This document shows positions 45,780 to 56,364 of a stretch of DNA of 64,000 bases, in pieces. Both the position numbers and the translations under genes were made by a program. Origin of the DNA: Nitrospirota bacterium. Its GTDB lineage: Bacteria; Nitrospirota; UBA9217. The stretch is taken from NCBI GenBank assembly GCA_963796285.1, contig CAWCKW010000012.1, positions 448,001 through 512,000 of the forward strand, given 5' to 3'. The first letter of the stretch is position 1; each line of letters opens with the position of its first letter. The notes below the pieces were generated by a model. That model saw nothing but the letters and a program-made list of their open reading frames with translations. It did not search any database and had not been told where the DNA came from.

Positions 45780-45809
45780 AAAGCCAATAGAGTATCTATT
45801 GGCTTTTTT
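45780..45809 (+). terminator. Terminator after the tRNA cluster
   Basis: AAAGCCAATAGA-GTA-TCTATTGGCTTTTTT. Confidence 0.8.
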
Positions 45810-46130
45810 ATTGTTCATGGTTTGGGTCGTATATGCTTTTAACTTTATGAAATAAATAGATAGAGCGTTTGTTTTTTAGGCCAACATCCTTTTTCCAAGA
45901 ACTAAGGGCACTCCTCCCACATTATCTGATTATATCTTGTGCCTCTTCCCCGAGTAATACTGGCGCATGATCCGAACCTGCCGCTTCGAACTCTTTTTAA
46001 AGATTTTATTGTATGATATAGTCTTGAGTGTTGACTTTATCCGATTTCTGTTATAGTCACAATACTTTGAAATTCAAAAAGTTTCACCCGTGTTCAATAA
46101 CGGTTTACAATACAATACCCGTCGGAATTC

Positions 46131-46159
46131 TTGACAACTCAGTCATCCAAAGATACAAT
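46131..46159 (+). promoter_or_regulatory. Sigma-70 promoter upstream of the cupredoxin pair
   Basis: TTGACA-17-TACAAT. Confidence 0.6.
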
Positions 46160-46397
46160 CATTAAAGATGCCCTGAGTAGTGCAGCTTTTTATTTGATAA
46201 ACCGGATAATACCGTAAATCTGATCTTATCAAGGGAACTGATCAATAAATAGTCGGATGTGGAAACAGCCTAACAAAATGATATGGTGATTGTGGTACAA
46301 TTAATCACGGTGATTTAAACAATTGCATGAAAAATTAATTTCTGTTTTCCAGGAAAAGAGAAACTCAATCACAAAGAGACAAGGAGGAGAAACGATT

Positions 46398-46823
46398 ATG
46401 ACTACGAGAGGATCTATTATTGGAGGTACAGGCACGTTGGCGATGCTGATTCTGTTTTGCATGGGTGTGGTGGGATGCGGCAGAGGCGGTGGCGGCTCTA
46501 GCGACGGAGGCGGCACGCAACGCTCGTCCAGTTAGTCACGTGTCCTCAGGTACGGGAAGCACGGAAAACGTATCGATATACGGAGTTCGAATCACTCCGT
46601 CAAACTCCGAAAACAGTGAACTCCATTGTAAAATGGACGAACAACACGGCCTTGACAACACACACGGTTACCAGCACCACGGTGCCGACGAATGGTTCCT
46701 TCGATTCAGGGTAACCTGACCGCAGGCTCATCAGTCTGTTACCAATTCACAGCAGCGGGGACGTACCAGTACTGGTGCTCGATCCATACGACGCTAATGG
46801 AGGGAACCGTGGTTGTGCAGTGA
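46398..46823 (+). CDS. Plastocyanin/amicyanin-like cupredoxin lipoprotein (frameshifted)
   Basis: RBS AAGGAGGAG; lipobox VVGC; THTVTS; C-terminus GTYQYWCSIHTTLMEGTVVVQ* (type-1 Cu H/C/H/M). Confidence 0.72.
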
Positions 46824-46882
46824 TCTGACTTGCTTTCGGTCAAGTAGCCTTTTTCGAAGTTCAACTCAGGAAAGGATAAATT

Positions 46883-47291
46883 ATGCTCATACGACCTTGG
46901 GCAACGATTAATATGCTTGTGCTGTTTATTGCTGTACTGTTGAGCGCGCTGGGGTGCAGTGGCAGTACCCGCGATTCTTCTGGAGTTTCGACAACGAGCG
47001 CGCAGCTTGTGACCTGCCCCACAGCGTCGTTTGAATCCGTTGCGATCACATCAAGCAAGACTTTTTCGCGAACAGCGTGACGATCACCGTGAACGACATC
47101 GTCAAATGGACGAACAACGATTCGACCACGCATACGGTCACGAGCGGCGCTCCGGGGGCCACGGACGGCAAGTTCGATTCAGGCAATTCACTGCGGGCTC
47201 GACGGTCTGCATACAGTTCCTGGTTACAGGAACGTTCGATTATTTTTGTAATATTCACACCTTCATGACAGGGGCCGTGATCGTACAATAG
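46883..47291 (+). CDS. Second plastocyanin-like cupredoxin lipoprotein (frameshifted)
   Basis: Lipobox ALGC; VKWTNNDSTTHTVTSG..FDSG; GTFDYFCNIHTFMTGAVIVQ*. Confidence 0.78.
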
Positions 47292-47695
47292 ATGCTGCGA
47301 TGCGAATGCTGGGGTATATCGACACTGATGCGCTGTCGCATCTTCAGGATCCCGGCCGAGAGATCCTCTCTTATTGCATCGAACCATGATATCGATCGAG
47401 ATGGCGCAGTACGTAATGAGCCCACATCTTTGCAATATGCCGTATTTCAATCGATTATTCATAAACAATCTTAGGGCTCGTTGCTGCAAACGTTGATAGA
47501 GCAAAACAATATTCGCGAACGATGAAGATGATAAAGAGATAAATCCTCTTGACCGCTGAACACGGTTTGTGTTACATTGACGCCTGCTTTGGCAGATAAC
47601 GACTCCTAAAGAATCTGACCTTCATGTAAAATAAACAAGTTTCTTGCGGATAAAGCGCCGGATCATGAAAAAGCAAGCGCGGTAAAAGCGATAAT

Positions 47696-48065
47696 CGAAG
47701 TTCAAATCCTTCACGGCTCACCATAAAAAGTCAAGCCCCGTAAGCAGTTACGGGGCTTTTTCTTTTTTGAAATATCCCACCTCTGAATATTAATGTGTAT
47801 ACAAGTGTTTATATTAATCAGCGGTTCGATGGTTAGACTTCTTCATAGCTCATCATAAAAAGTCAAACGTCGTAAGCACTTATGTGGTTTATTCTTTTCT
47901 TAATATAGCCTATTTTTGAATAATTAAAGTGTATAAAAGTGTCTATATAAATCAGCGGTTCGAAAGCTCTACATCTTCACGACTCACCATGAAAAAGTAA
48001 AACCCTGTGGGCACTTAAGGGGCTTTTTCTTTTTTTGTCCTGTCGCATAATAAAAAGTGAATACA
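47696..48065 (+). repeat. Three tandem ~132-bp units, each with a tRNA-Lys 3' fragment
   Basis: CCA-equivalent ends at 47723, 47855 and 47989; each followed by AAAAAGT(C/A)AA..(G)TAAGCA.TTA..GGCTTT and a GTGTATA.AAGTGT.TATA-like motif. Confidence 0.8.
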
Positions 48066-48334
48066 TTGTTTGTTTATTGAAGATTCCCGCCTTAGACTAC
48101 TTCCTGAACTTGTTGTAGTTGCAACCCTTGGTAACACATAAAGCTTCAATCAGTATTCTTCAGCGCAAACCCGTCAAATACCACATCAACATTATTGACA
48201 ACTCAGAGCATCAGGCATATATTCGTGAACACTACTGTGAGCGGTTTGGCACATTCATTGCTAAATCCATCAATACCGAAAAATCGTGCTTATCGGGGCG
48301 GTTTTCGTTCCGATAATATTTTGTTAGTCATACA

Positions 48335-51300
48335 ATGATGATAAAGAAAGATCGACAAGATAAGAATAAAATCAAGAAGCAGCACTATGTGCCGCAACTC
48401 GATAAGGCGTCGGGTAACATGCAAAAAAGTGGCCGTCGTCTGTTCTTTATTATTTTCATTGCATCCGGCTTTGCCGGACTTCTCTACGAATCAATCTGGA
48501 CGCACTATCTAAAACTTTTTCTCGGTCATGCAGCCTATGCTCAGACCCTGGTTCTTGCCGTCTTTATGGGAGGCATGGCGCTTGGCTCCTGGTTCAGCGC
48601 GCGCTATTCCAAAAGATGGAGCAACCTATTGCTCGGTTATGCCATCGTGGAGGCGATCATCGGGGTTTTTGCGATGGTTTTTCATCCGCTCTATGTTCAA
48701 TTCCTTGATCTGGCCTACACCCGGTTAATCCCCGAGATAGGTTCACCGACGGCCATAACGTTCTTTAAATGGATAACTGCGAGTTTTTTTATCCTTCCCC
48801 AATCAATTCTTCTGGGAATGACCTTCCCGATGTTAACCGCCGGCCTCATTCGAAAATATCCCGAGAACCCCGGCTCTACCATCGCCATGCTGTATTTTTC
48901 GAATAGTATTGGAGCAGCGGCTGGCGTTTTGGCAAGCGGTTTTATGTTCATTGCATTGGCGGGACTGCCCGGTACGCTTATTATTGCCGGATTGATCAAT
49001 ATTGGCGTGGCGGCCATCGTTTGGCACAAAGTCCGCGATGACAAGTCTTTTGCCGAAAGAAACCGAAAAACGGCAGTGCAACCGGATGTGAACACGACCT
49101 CTACCTACCGGATACTGCTTACGGTAGCCCTCCTGACTGGAACGTCGTCACTCATATACGAGCTCGGCTGGATACGCATGTTGAACCTGGTGTTAAGCAG
49201 TTCCACGCACGCTTTTGAACTTATGCTGAGCGCGTTCATTACGGGTCTGGCTCTCGGAGGATTGTGGATCAGACGCCGTATCGAAGATTTGCAGCAACCG
49301 ATACGTTTTTTGGCATTCGTACAGATAGCCATGGGGCTTCTGGCACTGGCAACCCTGCCACTGTATGGAAAGACCTTTGAAGTGATGGCATGGCTTGTGG
49401 GCAACCTGGAAAGATCAATGATCGGCTATACGATCTTTAATGTTATCAGCCACAGCATGGCCCTGGCTATCATGCTCCCGGCCACGTTTTGCGCAGGTAT
49501 GACCCTGCCGCTCATTACCGCTATTTTGCTTCGGGATGGATATGGCGAGAAAAGCATCGGTGCGACCTATGCGTTCAACACCGTCGGTTGTATTATAGGC
49601 ATCTTTTTAGCCGTTCACCTTGTCATGCCGATACTCGGGCTAAAGGGGATGCTCGGTCTGGGGGCGGGCATCGACATTGCGCTGGGTTTGGCGCTGGCAT
49701 GGTGGGCCTTCCCTGCTAGGCGTATTCCGGCCATATTAACTGCCATGAGTACAGCGATCCTCCTGTTCTCCATGATCTGGATACAGTTCGACACTCGGAA
49801 TATGTCCTCTGGTGTATATAGAACCGGGCAACTGTTCCGCGCAGGTGAAGAAGAGGTGTTATTTCACCACGATGGTAAGACCTCGACGGTATCCGTGGTT
49901 AAATATCGAGACGGCGTCCTTTCGATTGCAACAAATGGAAAACCCGACGCAAGCATCAATGTTATACAAGAAGCGGTCTCAAGTGATGAGTCGAACCAGA
50001 TCTTGCTTGGTGCCATGCCACTCGTCTTTCACCCGCATGCGAAGACTGCCGCCGTCATCGGATGGGGCTCGGGGATGACGACGGATATTCTTTTAACCAC
50101 AGCGCAGCTCGATCGCGTGGATTCCGTGGAGATCGAGCCGACCATGATCAAAGCCGCCATGTTTTTTCGTCCTCGCGTGGAACTGGCTTATATCGATCCC
50201 CGCAGTCATATCCACATCGAAGATGCGAAGACATTTTTTTCCACCTACAATAAGAAATACGACATCATTGTTTCGGAACCTTCCAATCCGTGGGTCAGTG
50301 GCGTCGCAGGACTTTTTTCAAAAGAGTTCTACCTAAGAATAAAAGACCACCTTAACAAAGACGGCCTCATGGTTCAGTGGTTACACCTCTATCAGATTGA
50401 TATGCCACTGGTAGCATCGATATTCGAGGCGTTATCATCTCAGTTTGCCGACTATGCGGTCTATAGCACGAATGAAGCGGATATCGTGATCCTCGCGCGA
50501 CCTGCCGGTGCCGTTCCCGAGCCTGATCCGGGTGTGATACGGGAGAAGGGGCTTTCATACGAATTGAGAAGGATGGGGATCAACGGGCCCCAGGACATGA
50601 TCGTACGAAGAGTCGGCAATAAGCGCTCCCTGGAGCCTCTGTTCGAGAGCTATGGGGTAGAGGCCAATTCCGATTATTACCCGCTGCTGGATCTGAATGC
50701 TGCCCGCGCGCGATTTATGGGAACCACGTCTACAGATCTTGTGACCGCTAACGCTCACTTAACTCTGCTGCCGGTTATGGAGATGCTCGGGCAATACCCT
50801 TCAGACCTGAAAACCACGGAAGTAAGTTATTCGAATTATGACCGATCGAAAAAAATTCACGTATCCGCCTTGTTGAATGAGTATATACTTCATGGTTTAT
50901 GGAAATGGGAACATCCGGACACTCGTCTGTCCGAAAACTTTCGTAAGTATGCTGAAATGGTCAGGCAGTCGCTATCGGATTGTTCGGATAAGACGCGCGA
51001 CAAAAAATGGTGGGATGGCATGCTCTTCATGGTGGCACAGCAGATATTACCCATTCAATCACCCAATCAGCTGGGAAAACTCTGGGGGAAAGCTGATTCC
51101 TCCTGCAGGGCACAGCTTTCTACGTCCCAAAGGGACTTCATAACACTTCTCAGAGCCATTGACAAGCGAGACGCACCATCTATGTCTCATACCGCTCGAA
51201 AGCTTCTCGAAGAAATGCCTGGAGCGAATTCGGCTCTTCGATCCTATATACTCGCATCCGGCATGCTGGGCGATCTTTCCAACGGGGAAAAACGGGCAGC

Positions 51301-51400
51301 GCAAGGATTGTGGGAGCAATACGGGAATCGCTTGGACGCAAAAGACTCGCAGACATTGTTGATGCGTCTATTGACCGCTCATGCCAAATTAGCTAATTAG
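48335..51400 (+). CDS. Fused membrane (MFS-like) / spermidine-synthase-like SAM-dependent protein
   Basis: About 13 TM helices with SGFAGLLYESIW and LMGMTFP-like repeats, followed by VIGWGSGMT, VEIEP, EDAKTF, YDIIVSEPSNPW. Confidence 0.85.
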   Translation: MMIKKDRQDKNKIKKQHYVPQLDKASGNMQKSGRRLFFIIFIASGFAGLLYESIWTHYLKLFLGHAAYAQTLVLAVFMGGMALGSWFSARYSKRWSNLLLGYAIVEAIIGVFAMVFHPLYVQFLDLAYTRLIPEIGSPTAITFFKWITASFFILPQSILLGMTFPMLTAGLIRKYPENPGSTIAMLYFSNSIGAAAGVLASGFMFIALAGLPGTLIIAGLINIGVAAIVWHKVRDDKSFAERNRKTAVQPDVNTTSTYRILLTVALLTGTSSLIYELGWIRMLNLVLSSSTHAFELMLSAFITGLALGGLWIRRRIEDLQQPIRFLAFVQIAMGLLALATLPLYGKTFEVMAWLVGNLERSMIGYTIFNVISHSMALAIMLPATFCAGMTLPLITAILLRDGYGEKSIGATYAFNTVGCIIGIFLAVHLVMPILGLKGMLGLGAGIDIALGLALAWWAFPARRIPAILTAMSTAILLFSMIWIQFDTRNMSSGVYRTGQLFRAGEEEVLFHHDGKTSTVSVVKYRDGVLSIATNGKPDASINVIQEAVSSDESNQILLGAMPLVFHPHAKTAAVIGWGSGMTTDILLTTAQLDRVDSVEIEPTMIKAAMFFRPRVELAYIDPRSHIHIEDAKTFFSTYNKKYDIIVSEPSNPWVSGVAGLFSKEFYLRIKDHLNKDGLMVQWLHLYQIDMPLVASIFEALSSQFADYAVYSTNEADIVILARPAGAVPEPDPGVIREKGLSYELRRMGINGPQDMIVRRVGNKRSLEPLFESYGVEANSDYYPLLDLNAARARFMGTTSTDLVTANAHLTLLPVMEMLGQYPSDLKTTEVSYSNYDRSKKIHVSALLNEYILHGLWKWEHPDTRLSENFRKYAEMVRQSLSDCSDKTRDKKWWDGMLFMVAQQILPIQSPNQLGKLWGKADSSCRAQLSTSQRDFITLLRAIDKRDAPSMSHTARKLLEEMPGANSALRSYILASGMLGDLSNGEKRAAQGLWEQYGNRLDAKDSQTLLMRLLTAHAKLAN

Positions 51401-52018
51401 AGTCTGTATTTTAACTGTTGATCCGCTGATTCATGGAAAAACTACCTGCGAACTGATGATACGAATATTTTTGCGAAGGTCAAAAAGACAATATCGGATA
51501 AATCAAAAAAAACTAAAACAAGAAAGACCAAGAAGGGCAGAACGAAAACCGCCATATGATCCTACATGCGCGTCGAGAGGGTCGCCGAGAAACGTGCCCC
51601 TCACGCGCGCGTTAAAGTGTGCTTATTCCTTTCCATTGCCCTGATTCATCATGTCCGGAGAGCCGTGAAAGACTCGATCTGTCATTTCATTATACTATCT
51701 ATCAGGTTTATGCATTGCATGTTTCACTCGGTAATCGGGAATAGTCGCTATTTCTCTGAAGCACACAGTTGTAGGTGAACTTACCTATTATGATAGAAAG
51801 TCCAGGACGCGAACCAGACCTCGACTAGATGCGCCCCGCCAGAAGCTCAAAATCCTCCGCTGTGTGTAATCTGAAAAAACCCTTGACCTGCTTATGCCCT
51901 ATATGATAGTATCCACACCCGTTGAAGGATTGCCGGACATAAAATGTAGACACCGGTGACTACATTTTATACAATAATAACCTATTGATTATATGGTAAA
52001 AGTAAGCACTTACCTTTA

Positions 52019-52066
52019 TGACTCTTAATCAGCGGGTCGAAGGTTCAACTCCTTCACGGCTCACCA
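52019..52066 (+). pseudogene. 3' half of tRNA-Lys (CTT), att-like fragment
   Basis: TGACTCTTAATCAGCGGGTCGAAGGTTCAACTCCTTCACGGCTCACCA; acceptor 5' strand and D-arm are absent upstream. Confidence 0.85.
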
Positions 52067-52146
52067 TAATTAACTCAGGGAGCAGTGCGCAGCAGGCAGC
52101 GGGTCACGAAAGCTGCTTCACGTTCACTGCTCTCTTTGTTCATGCA

Positions 52147-52229
52147 GCGAGAGTGGCGGAACTGGCAGACGCGCCAGACTTAGGATCTGGTGGGCGACCA
52201 TGGGGGTTCAAGTCCCCCCTCTCGCACCA
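52147..52229 (+). tRNA. tRNA-Leu (TAG)
   Basis: GCGAGAGTGGCGGAACTGGCAGACGCG, CCAGA-CTTAGGA-TCTGG, long variable arm, CCA; upstream of tig. Confidence 0.95.
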
Positions 52230-52343
52230 AATACTGTACAAAGAACTAACGTCCAGAGTGTTGTAATGCAACCTTCGCATCTTCTTCATGCTGAGGGCGC
52301 TATAGATAAACGGACACTATTAACTCTTAAAAGGTGGTTGCCA

Positions 52344-53624
52344 ATGAAAGCGGTCGTCGAAGAAATCAATTCAGTAAAGAAAAAGATCACGATAGAAATT
52401 GAGCCGGATTCAGTGGCGAACGAGATGGATAAGGCCATTAAGGACGTTGCCAAAAAGGCAAAGATACCCGGCTTTCGTCCCGGTAAGGCGCCGAAGAATG
52501 TCGTGGAACAGCATTATGGAGAAGAGGTCCGGTCCGAGGTCATGAACAGGCTCATCTCGGACTCGTATCTCACGGCGGTCAGGGAGCACAATCTCAACCC
52601 CGTGGGTATGCCGCAGATCGAGAATATGACGCCGCTTGCCAAGGGATCTTCCCTGAGCTATACAGCTATCGTGGAAGTACGGCCGAACATCACGCTTGGC
52701 ACCTACGATGGCATCGAAGTGAAGGAACAGGACCTTGCGGTGACGGATGAGGAATTGAACCAGACCCTTGACCGTCTCCGCGAGATGTATGCCCAGCTCG
52801 AAGTCGTCGAGGGCCAGGCGCTTGCGAAGGACCACACGGCGATCATCGACTTCGAAGGGTTCCACGACGGGAAACCCATCGAAGGCGCCAAGGCCGCGGA
52901 CCATATGCTCGCCATCGGTTCGGGCAATCTGATCCCCGGATTCGAGGAGCAGCTCATCGGCATGAAGAAGGGCGAGACCAGAGAGATCCAGGTCACCTTC
53001 CCGGCGGATTATACCAATAAGGAAATAGCCGGCAAGGACGCGCGCTTTACGGTGACGCTCAAAGAGGTGAAGAAAAAGGTCCTTCCCGAGCTGAACGATG
53101 AATTCGCAAAGGATACCGGGGGCAATAAGACCGTTGATGAGCTGAAGGCGCGGGTCAAGGAAGACCTCGAGGCCAGGAAGCGCGACGAACTGGGATCTGC
53201 CCAGCGTGAGGAACTGATGACGAAGCTGGTGGACGCCCATTCGTTCGAGGTGCCGCAGGGCATGGTGGAACACGAACTGCAGGCCATGACGCGGCAGCAG
53301 GCCACTCGCTTTGCCCGGCAGGGCATGGACATCAAGTCTTTTGACGTGAAGAACTTCATGGAGAAGAACCGGGACCTGGCGGTGCAGCGTGTCAAAGGGA
53401 TCCTGCTGCTCGAAGAGATAGCGGAAAAAGAAAAGATCGATGTCAGCGACCAGGAACTGTCGGCATCCATCACAGCGATGGCAAAGAGCGCGGGCCAGAC
53501 CGCTGACGCGGTCAGAAAATACTACGAGTCCCAGGACGGCGGTCTTGAGAACCTGCGATCCTCGCTCATTCAGGAAAAGACGCTCGGTCTCTTGCTTTCC
53601 CGTGCAAAGAAGAGCTATAATTAA
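52344..53624 (+). CDS. tig: Trigger factor
   Basis: IPGFRPGKAP ribosome-binding motif; FKBP domain IDFEG..LIPGFEEQLIG..FPADY. Confidence 0.97.
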   Translation: MKAVVEEINSVKKKITIEIEPDSVANEMDKAIKDVAKKAKIPGFRPGKAPKNVVEQHYGEEVRSEVMNRLISDSYLTAVREHNLNPVGMPQIENMTPLAKGSSLSYTAIVEVRPNITLGTYDGIEVKEQDLAVTDEELNQTLDRLREMYAQLEVVEGQALAKDHTAIIDFEGFHDGKPIEGAKAADHMLAIGSGNLIPGFEEQLIGMKKGETREIQVTFPADYTNKEIAGKDARFTVTLKEVKKKVLPELNDEFAKDTGGNKTVDELKARVKEDLEARKRDELGSAQREELMTKLVDAHSFEVPQGMVEHELQAMTRQQATRFARQGMDIKSFDVKNFMEKNRDLAVQRVKGILLLEEIAEKEKIDVSDQELSASITAMAKSAGQTADAVRKYYESQDGGLENLRSSLIQEKTLGLLLSRAKKSYN

Positions 53625-53731
53625 AGCAGGAAAGATAAAGAATATTGGCCATGGATGCGCGCTTTCAGTCAAGAGCTTTTTAGTTTTTTTCTTGGGTTTC
53701 GCGGCTGAGTGGTAATCACGAAGGAGACAGC

Positions 53732-54337
53732 ATGTCATTGATCCCCATGGTAATAGAACAGACGAGCCGGGGCGAACGGGCATACGATATTTACTCCCGC
53801 TTGTTGAAGGACCGGATCATCTTCCTCGGTACGCCGATTGACGATCTGGTGGCGAACACGGTGATAGCGCAGTTCCTCTTCCTTGAGGCCGACGACCCGG
53901 ACAAGGACATTTATCTCTATATCAATTCGCCGGGCGGCATTGTGACCGCCGGGCTTGCGATCTACGACACCATGAACTATATCAAGTCCCCGGTCTCGAC
54001 CATCTGTATCGGCCAGGCCGCGAGCATGGGGGCGCTTCTTCTGGCATCTGGCACGAAGGGCAAGCGCTTCTCCCTGCCGCATGCCCGTATCATGATCCAC
54101 CAGCCCATGGGCGGGTTCCAGGGACAGGTTACGGACGTCGAGATCCATGCCAAGGAAATGCTGAAGATGAAGGAAACGCTGAACAAGATCCTGGCGAACC
54201 ACACGGGCCAGTCGATGGAGAAGATCCATGAAGATACGGACCGGGATTACTTCATGTCCGGCGAGGATGCGAAGGCGTACGGTCTTGTCGACGAGGTCAT
54301 TGCCAAGAAAGTGCCCCGGCTGGTGAAGGAGAAGTAA
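53732..54337 (+). CDS. clpP: ATP-dependent Clp protease proteolytic subunit
   Basis: [41 protein letters not shown]. Confidence 0.98.
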   Translation: MSLIPMVIEQTSRGERAYDIYSRLLKDRIIFLGTPIDDLVANTVIAQFLFLEADDPDKDIYLYINSPGGIVTAGLAIYDTMNYIKSPVSTICIGQAASMGALLLASGTKGKRFSLPHARIMIHQPMGGFQGQVTDVEIHAKEMLKMKETLNKILANHTGQSMEKIHEDTDRDYFMSGEDAKAYGLVDEVIAKKVPRLVKEK

Positions 54338-54340
54338 CCT

Positions 54341-55585
54341 ATGACGGAAAAGAAAGAACATAACGCTACCCCGCTCAAGTGCTCGTTCTGCGGCAAGGGG
54401 CAGGACGAGGTGAAGAAACTGATCGCGGGGCCCTCGGTTTTCATTTGCAACGAGTGCGTGGACCTCTGCAACGAGATCATTGCCGAGGAGTGGGAAGAGA
54501 CCAAGGAAGCGAAGACCCCGCGGCTTCCGAAACCCGCTGAGATCAAGCGCAATCTCGATGAATATGTGGTCGGGCAGGAGCGCGCCAAAAAGATCCTGTC
54601 CGTGGCCGTGCACAACCACTACAAGCGCATCGGCGTGCAGCATGAGATCGGCGACGAGGTCGAACTCCAGAAGAGCAATATTCTGCTGATCGGTCCAACG
54701 GGAGTCGGCAAAACCCTGCTCGCCCAGACCCTGGCGCGGATCCTCGATGTGCCTTTTACCATTGCCGATGCCACGACGCTCACGGAAGCCGGATATGTGG
54801 GCGAAGATGTGGAAAATATCATTCTTAAACTTCTTCAGAACGCCAACTACGACGTGGAGCGGGCGCAGCGCGGTATCGTATACATCGATGAGATCGACAA
54901 GATCAGCCGCAAATCCGAGAGTCCGTCGATCACCCGTGACGTCTCAGGCGAGGGTGTGCAGCAGGCGCTTCTCAAGCTCATCGAGGGGACGGTTGCCAGT
55001 GTGCCGCCGCAGGGCGGCAGAAAACATCCACACCAGGAGTTCATCCAGGTGGACACGAAGAACATCCTGTTCGTATGCGGCGGAGCTTTCGTCGGCCTCG
55101 ACACGATCATCGAGCAGCGCGTCGGCCAGAAGACCATGGGGTTCGGCGCCGACATCCAGAGCAAGAAAGAACGGAAACTGAGCGAGACGCTCGCCAACCT
55201 CCAGCCCGGTGATCTGCTGAAGTACGGGCTCATCCCCGAGTTCATCGGCCGTATGCCGGTGGTGGCCACGCTCGAAGAGCTCGACGAGCATGCGCTGATA
55301 GACATCCTCACCCGCCCCAAGAACGCGCTCATCAAACAGTATCAGAAACTGCTTGCGCTCGAAGGCTGCAAACTGCGTTTCACCGACGACGCGCTTATAG
55401 CCATTGCCAGGAAGGCGATCAGCCGCAAGACAGGCGCCCGCGGTCTCCGTGCCATCCTCGAGGACGTGATGCTGAACGTGATGTACGATGTTCCTTCCCA
55501 GCCCGGCATCCGTGAGTGCCTCATCAGCGAAGAGGTGATCACCGAAGGGGCGGAACCGCTGCTTATTTACGAGAAGATCGCGTAA
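54341..55585 (+). CDS. clpX: ATP-dependent Clp protease ATP-binding subunit
   Basis: [15 protein letters not shown] zinc finger, [35 protein letters not shown] loop. Confidence 0.98.
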   Translation: MTEKKEHNATPLKCSFCGKGQDEVKKLIAGPSVFICNECVDLCNEIIAEEWEETKEAKTPRLPKPAEIKRNLDEYVVGQERAKKILSVAVHNHYKRIGVQHEIGDEVELQKSNILLIGPTGVGKTLLAQTLARILDVPFTIADATTLTEAGYVGEDVENIILKLLQNANYDVERAQRGIVYIDEIDKISRKSESPSITRDVSGEGVQQALLKLIEGTVASVPPQGGRKHPHQEFIQVDTKNILFVCGGAFVGLDTIIEQRVGQKTMGFGADIQSKKERKLSETLANLQPGDLLKYGLIPEFIGRMPVVATLEELDEHALIDILTRPKNALIKQYQKLLALEGCKLRFTDDALIAIARKAISRKTGARGLRAILEDVMLNVMYDVPSQPGIRECLISEEVITEGAEPLLIYEKIA

Positions 55586-55592
55586 CGAAAAA

Positions 55593-55679
55593 CAGGAGAC
55601 AGAAGTCAGTATTCAGGAGTCGGGATGATATCCGTCTCTCCCTTCTGGCTCCTGTCTCCTGACTCCTGATTCAGTCTCC
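55593..55679. repeat. Heptamer-periodic inverted repeat
   Basis: CAGGAGA CAGAAGT CAGTATT CAGGAGT ... TTCTGGC TCCTGTC TCCTGAC TCCTGA. Confidence 0.8.
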
Positions 55680-55681
55680 CT

Positions 55682-56283
55682 ATGAAAATACTCTCAGCCG
55701 AATTCGTCATCAGCGCCGCGGGACCCAAGCAGTTCCCGCTGGACAGCAGACCCCAGATCGCCATTGCCGGCCGTTCGAATGTCGGAAAATCTCGATCATC
55801 AATTCACTCCTCCACCGGAAGAACCTGGTAAAGACGAGCCAGACGCCCGGGAAGACCCAGCTTATCAACTTCTTCATCATCAACGAGTCCTTCTATTTTG
55901 TAGACCTGCCGGGATACGGTTACGCCCGCGTTCCCTATGCCGTGACCGATGCCTGGGCGCCGATGATCGAGGGGTATCTGAAAAACGCTCCGCAGTTGTC
56001 CGCTGTCGTCGTTCTTCTGGACAGCAGGAGAGAGCCCGATGAGCGGGATGTCCACCTTATCAATTGGCTCCGGCAGTACGATATCCCGGTGATCTTCGCG
56101 CTGACAAAGATCGACAAGCTGAACCGTCAGGAGACAGACCGGGCCCGGCGGAGCATCAGCGCGTCGCTGGGGATCCCTGATGACCTGGTCCTGACATCGG
56201 CAAAGAGCGGGCAGGGGATCAAAGAGCTGTGGGGGGTAATAGTTAAAAAATTAAAGGAGCCAGGAGTCAGAATTCAGGAATAA
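55682..56283 (+). CDS. engB: Ribosome biogenesis GTPase YihA/YsxC (single-base deletion near 55791)
   Basis: [41 protein letters not shown]. Confidence 0.93.
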
Positions 56284-56363
56284 GGAGAATACTGTTGATT
56301 GTCTTTTCCCTTTTTTCTGTATTTTCTATTTCGTCTGGTTCTGGACTTCTGAATTCTGACTTC
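56256..56363. repeat. Heptamer-periodic inverted repeat overlapping the engB 3' end
   Basis: GGAGC CAGGAGT CAGAATT CAGGA ... TTCTGGA CTTCTGAATTCTGACTTC. Confidence 0.72.
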
Positions 56364-56364
56364 A

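Larger units (their letters stand above)
45810..52066. mobile_element. Integrase-less genomic island remnant in the tRNA operon, ending at a tRNA-Lys 3' fragment
   Basis: AT-rich spacers, four tRNA-Lys 3' fragments, cargo genes; separates tRNA-Arg(CCG) from tRNA-Leu/tig; left boundary uncertain. Confidence 0.55.

Noticed and set aside
47078-47080. Selenocysteine or read-through TGA in the second cupredoxin
   Set aside because: The coding sequence continues in a different frame rather than through the TGA, so this is an indel.
47696-48065. CRISPR array
   Set aside because: Units are homologous over their whole length with no unique spacers, the conserved part is tRNA-derived, and no cas genes are present.
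52019-52066. Functional tRNA-Lys gene
   Set aside because: Acceptor 5' strand and D-arm are missing; upstream sequence cannot pair with CGGCTC.
52200-52343. N-terminal extension of trigger factor
   Set aside because: The ORF-track start lies inside tRNA-Leu; the real start is ATG 52344 after AAGGTGG.
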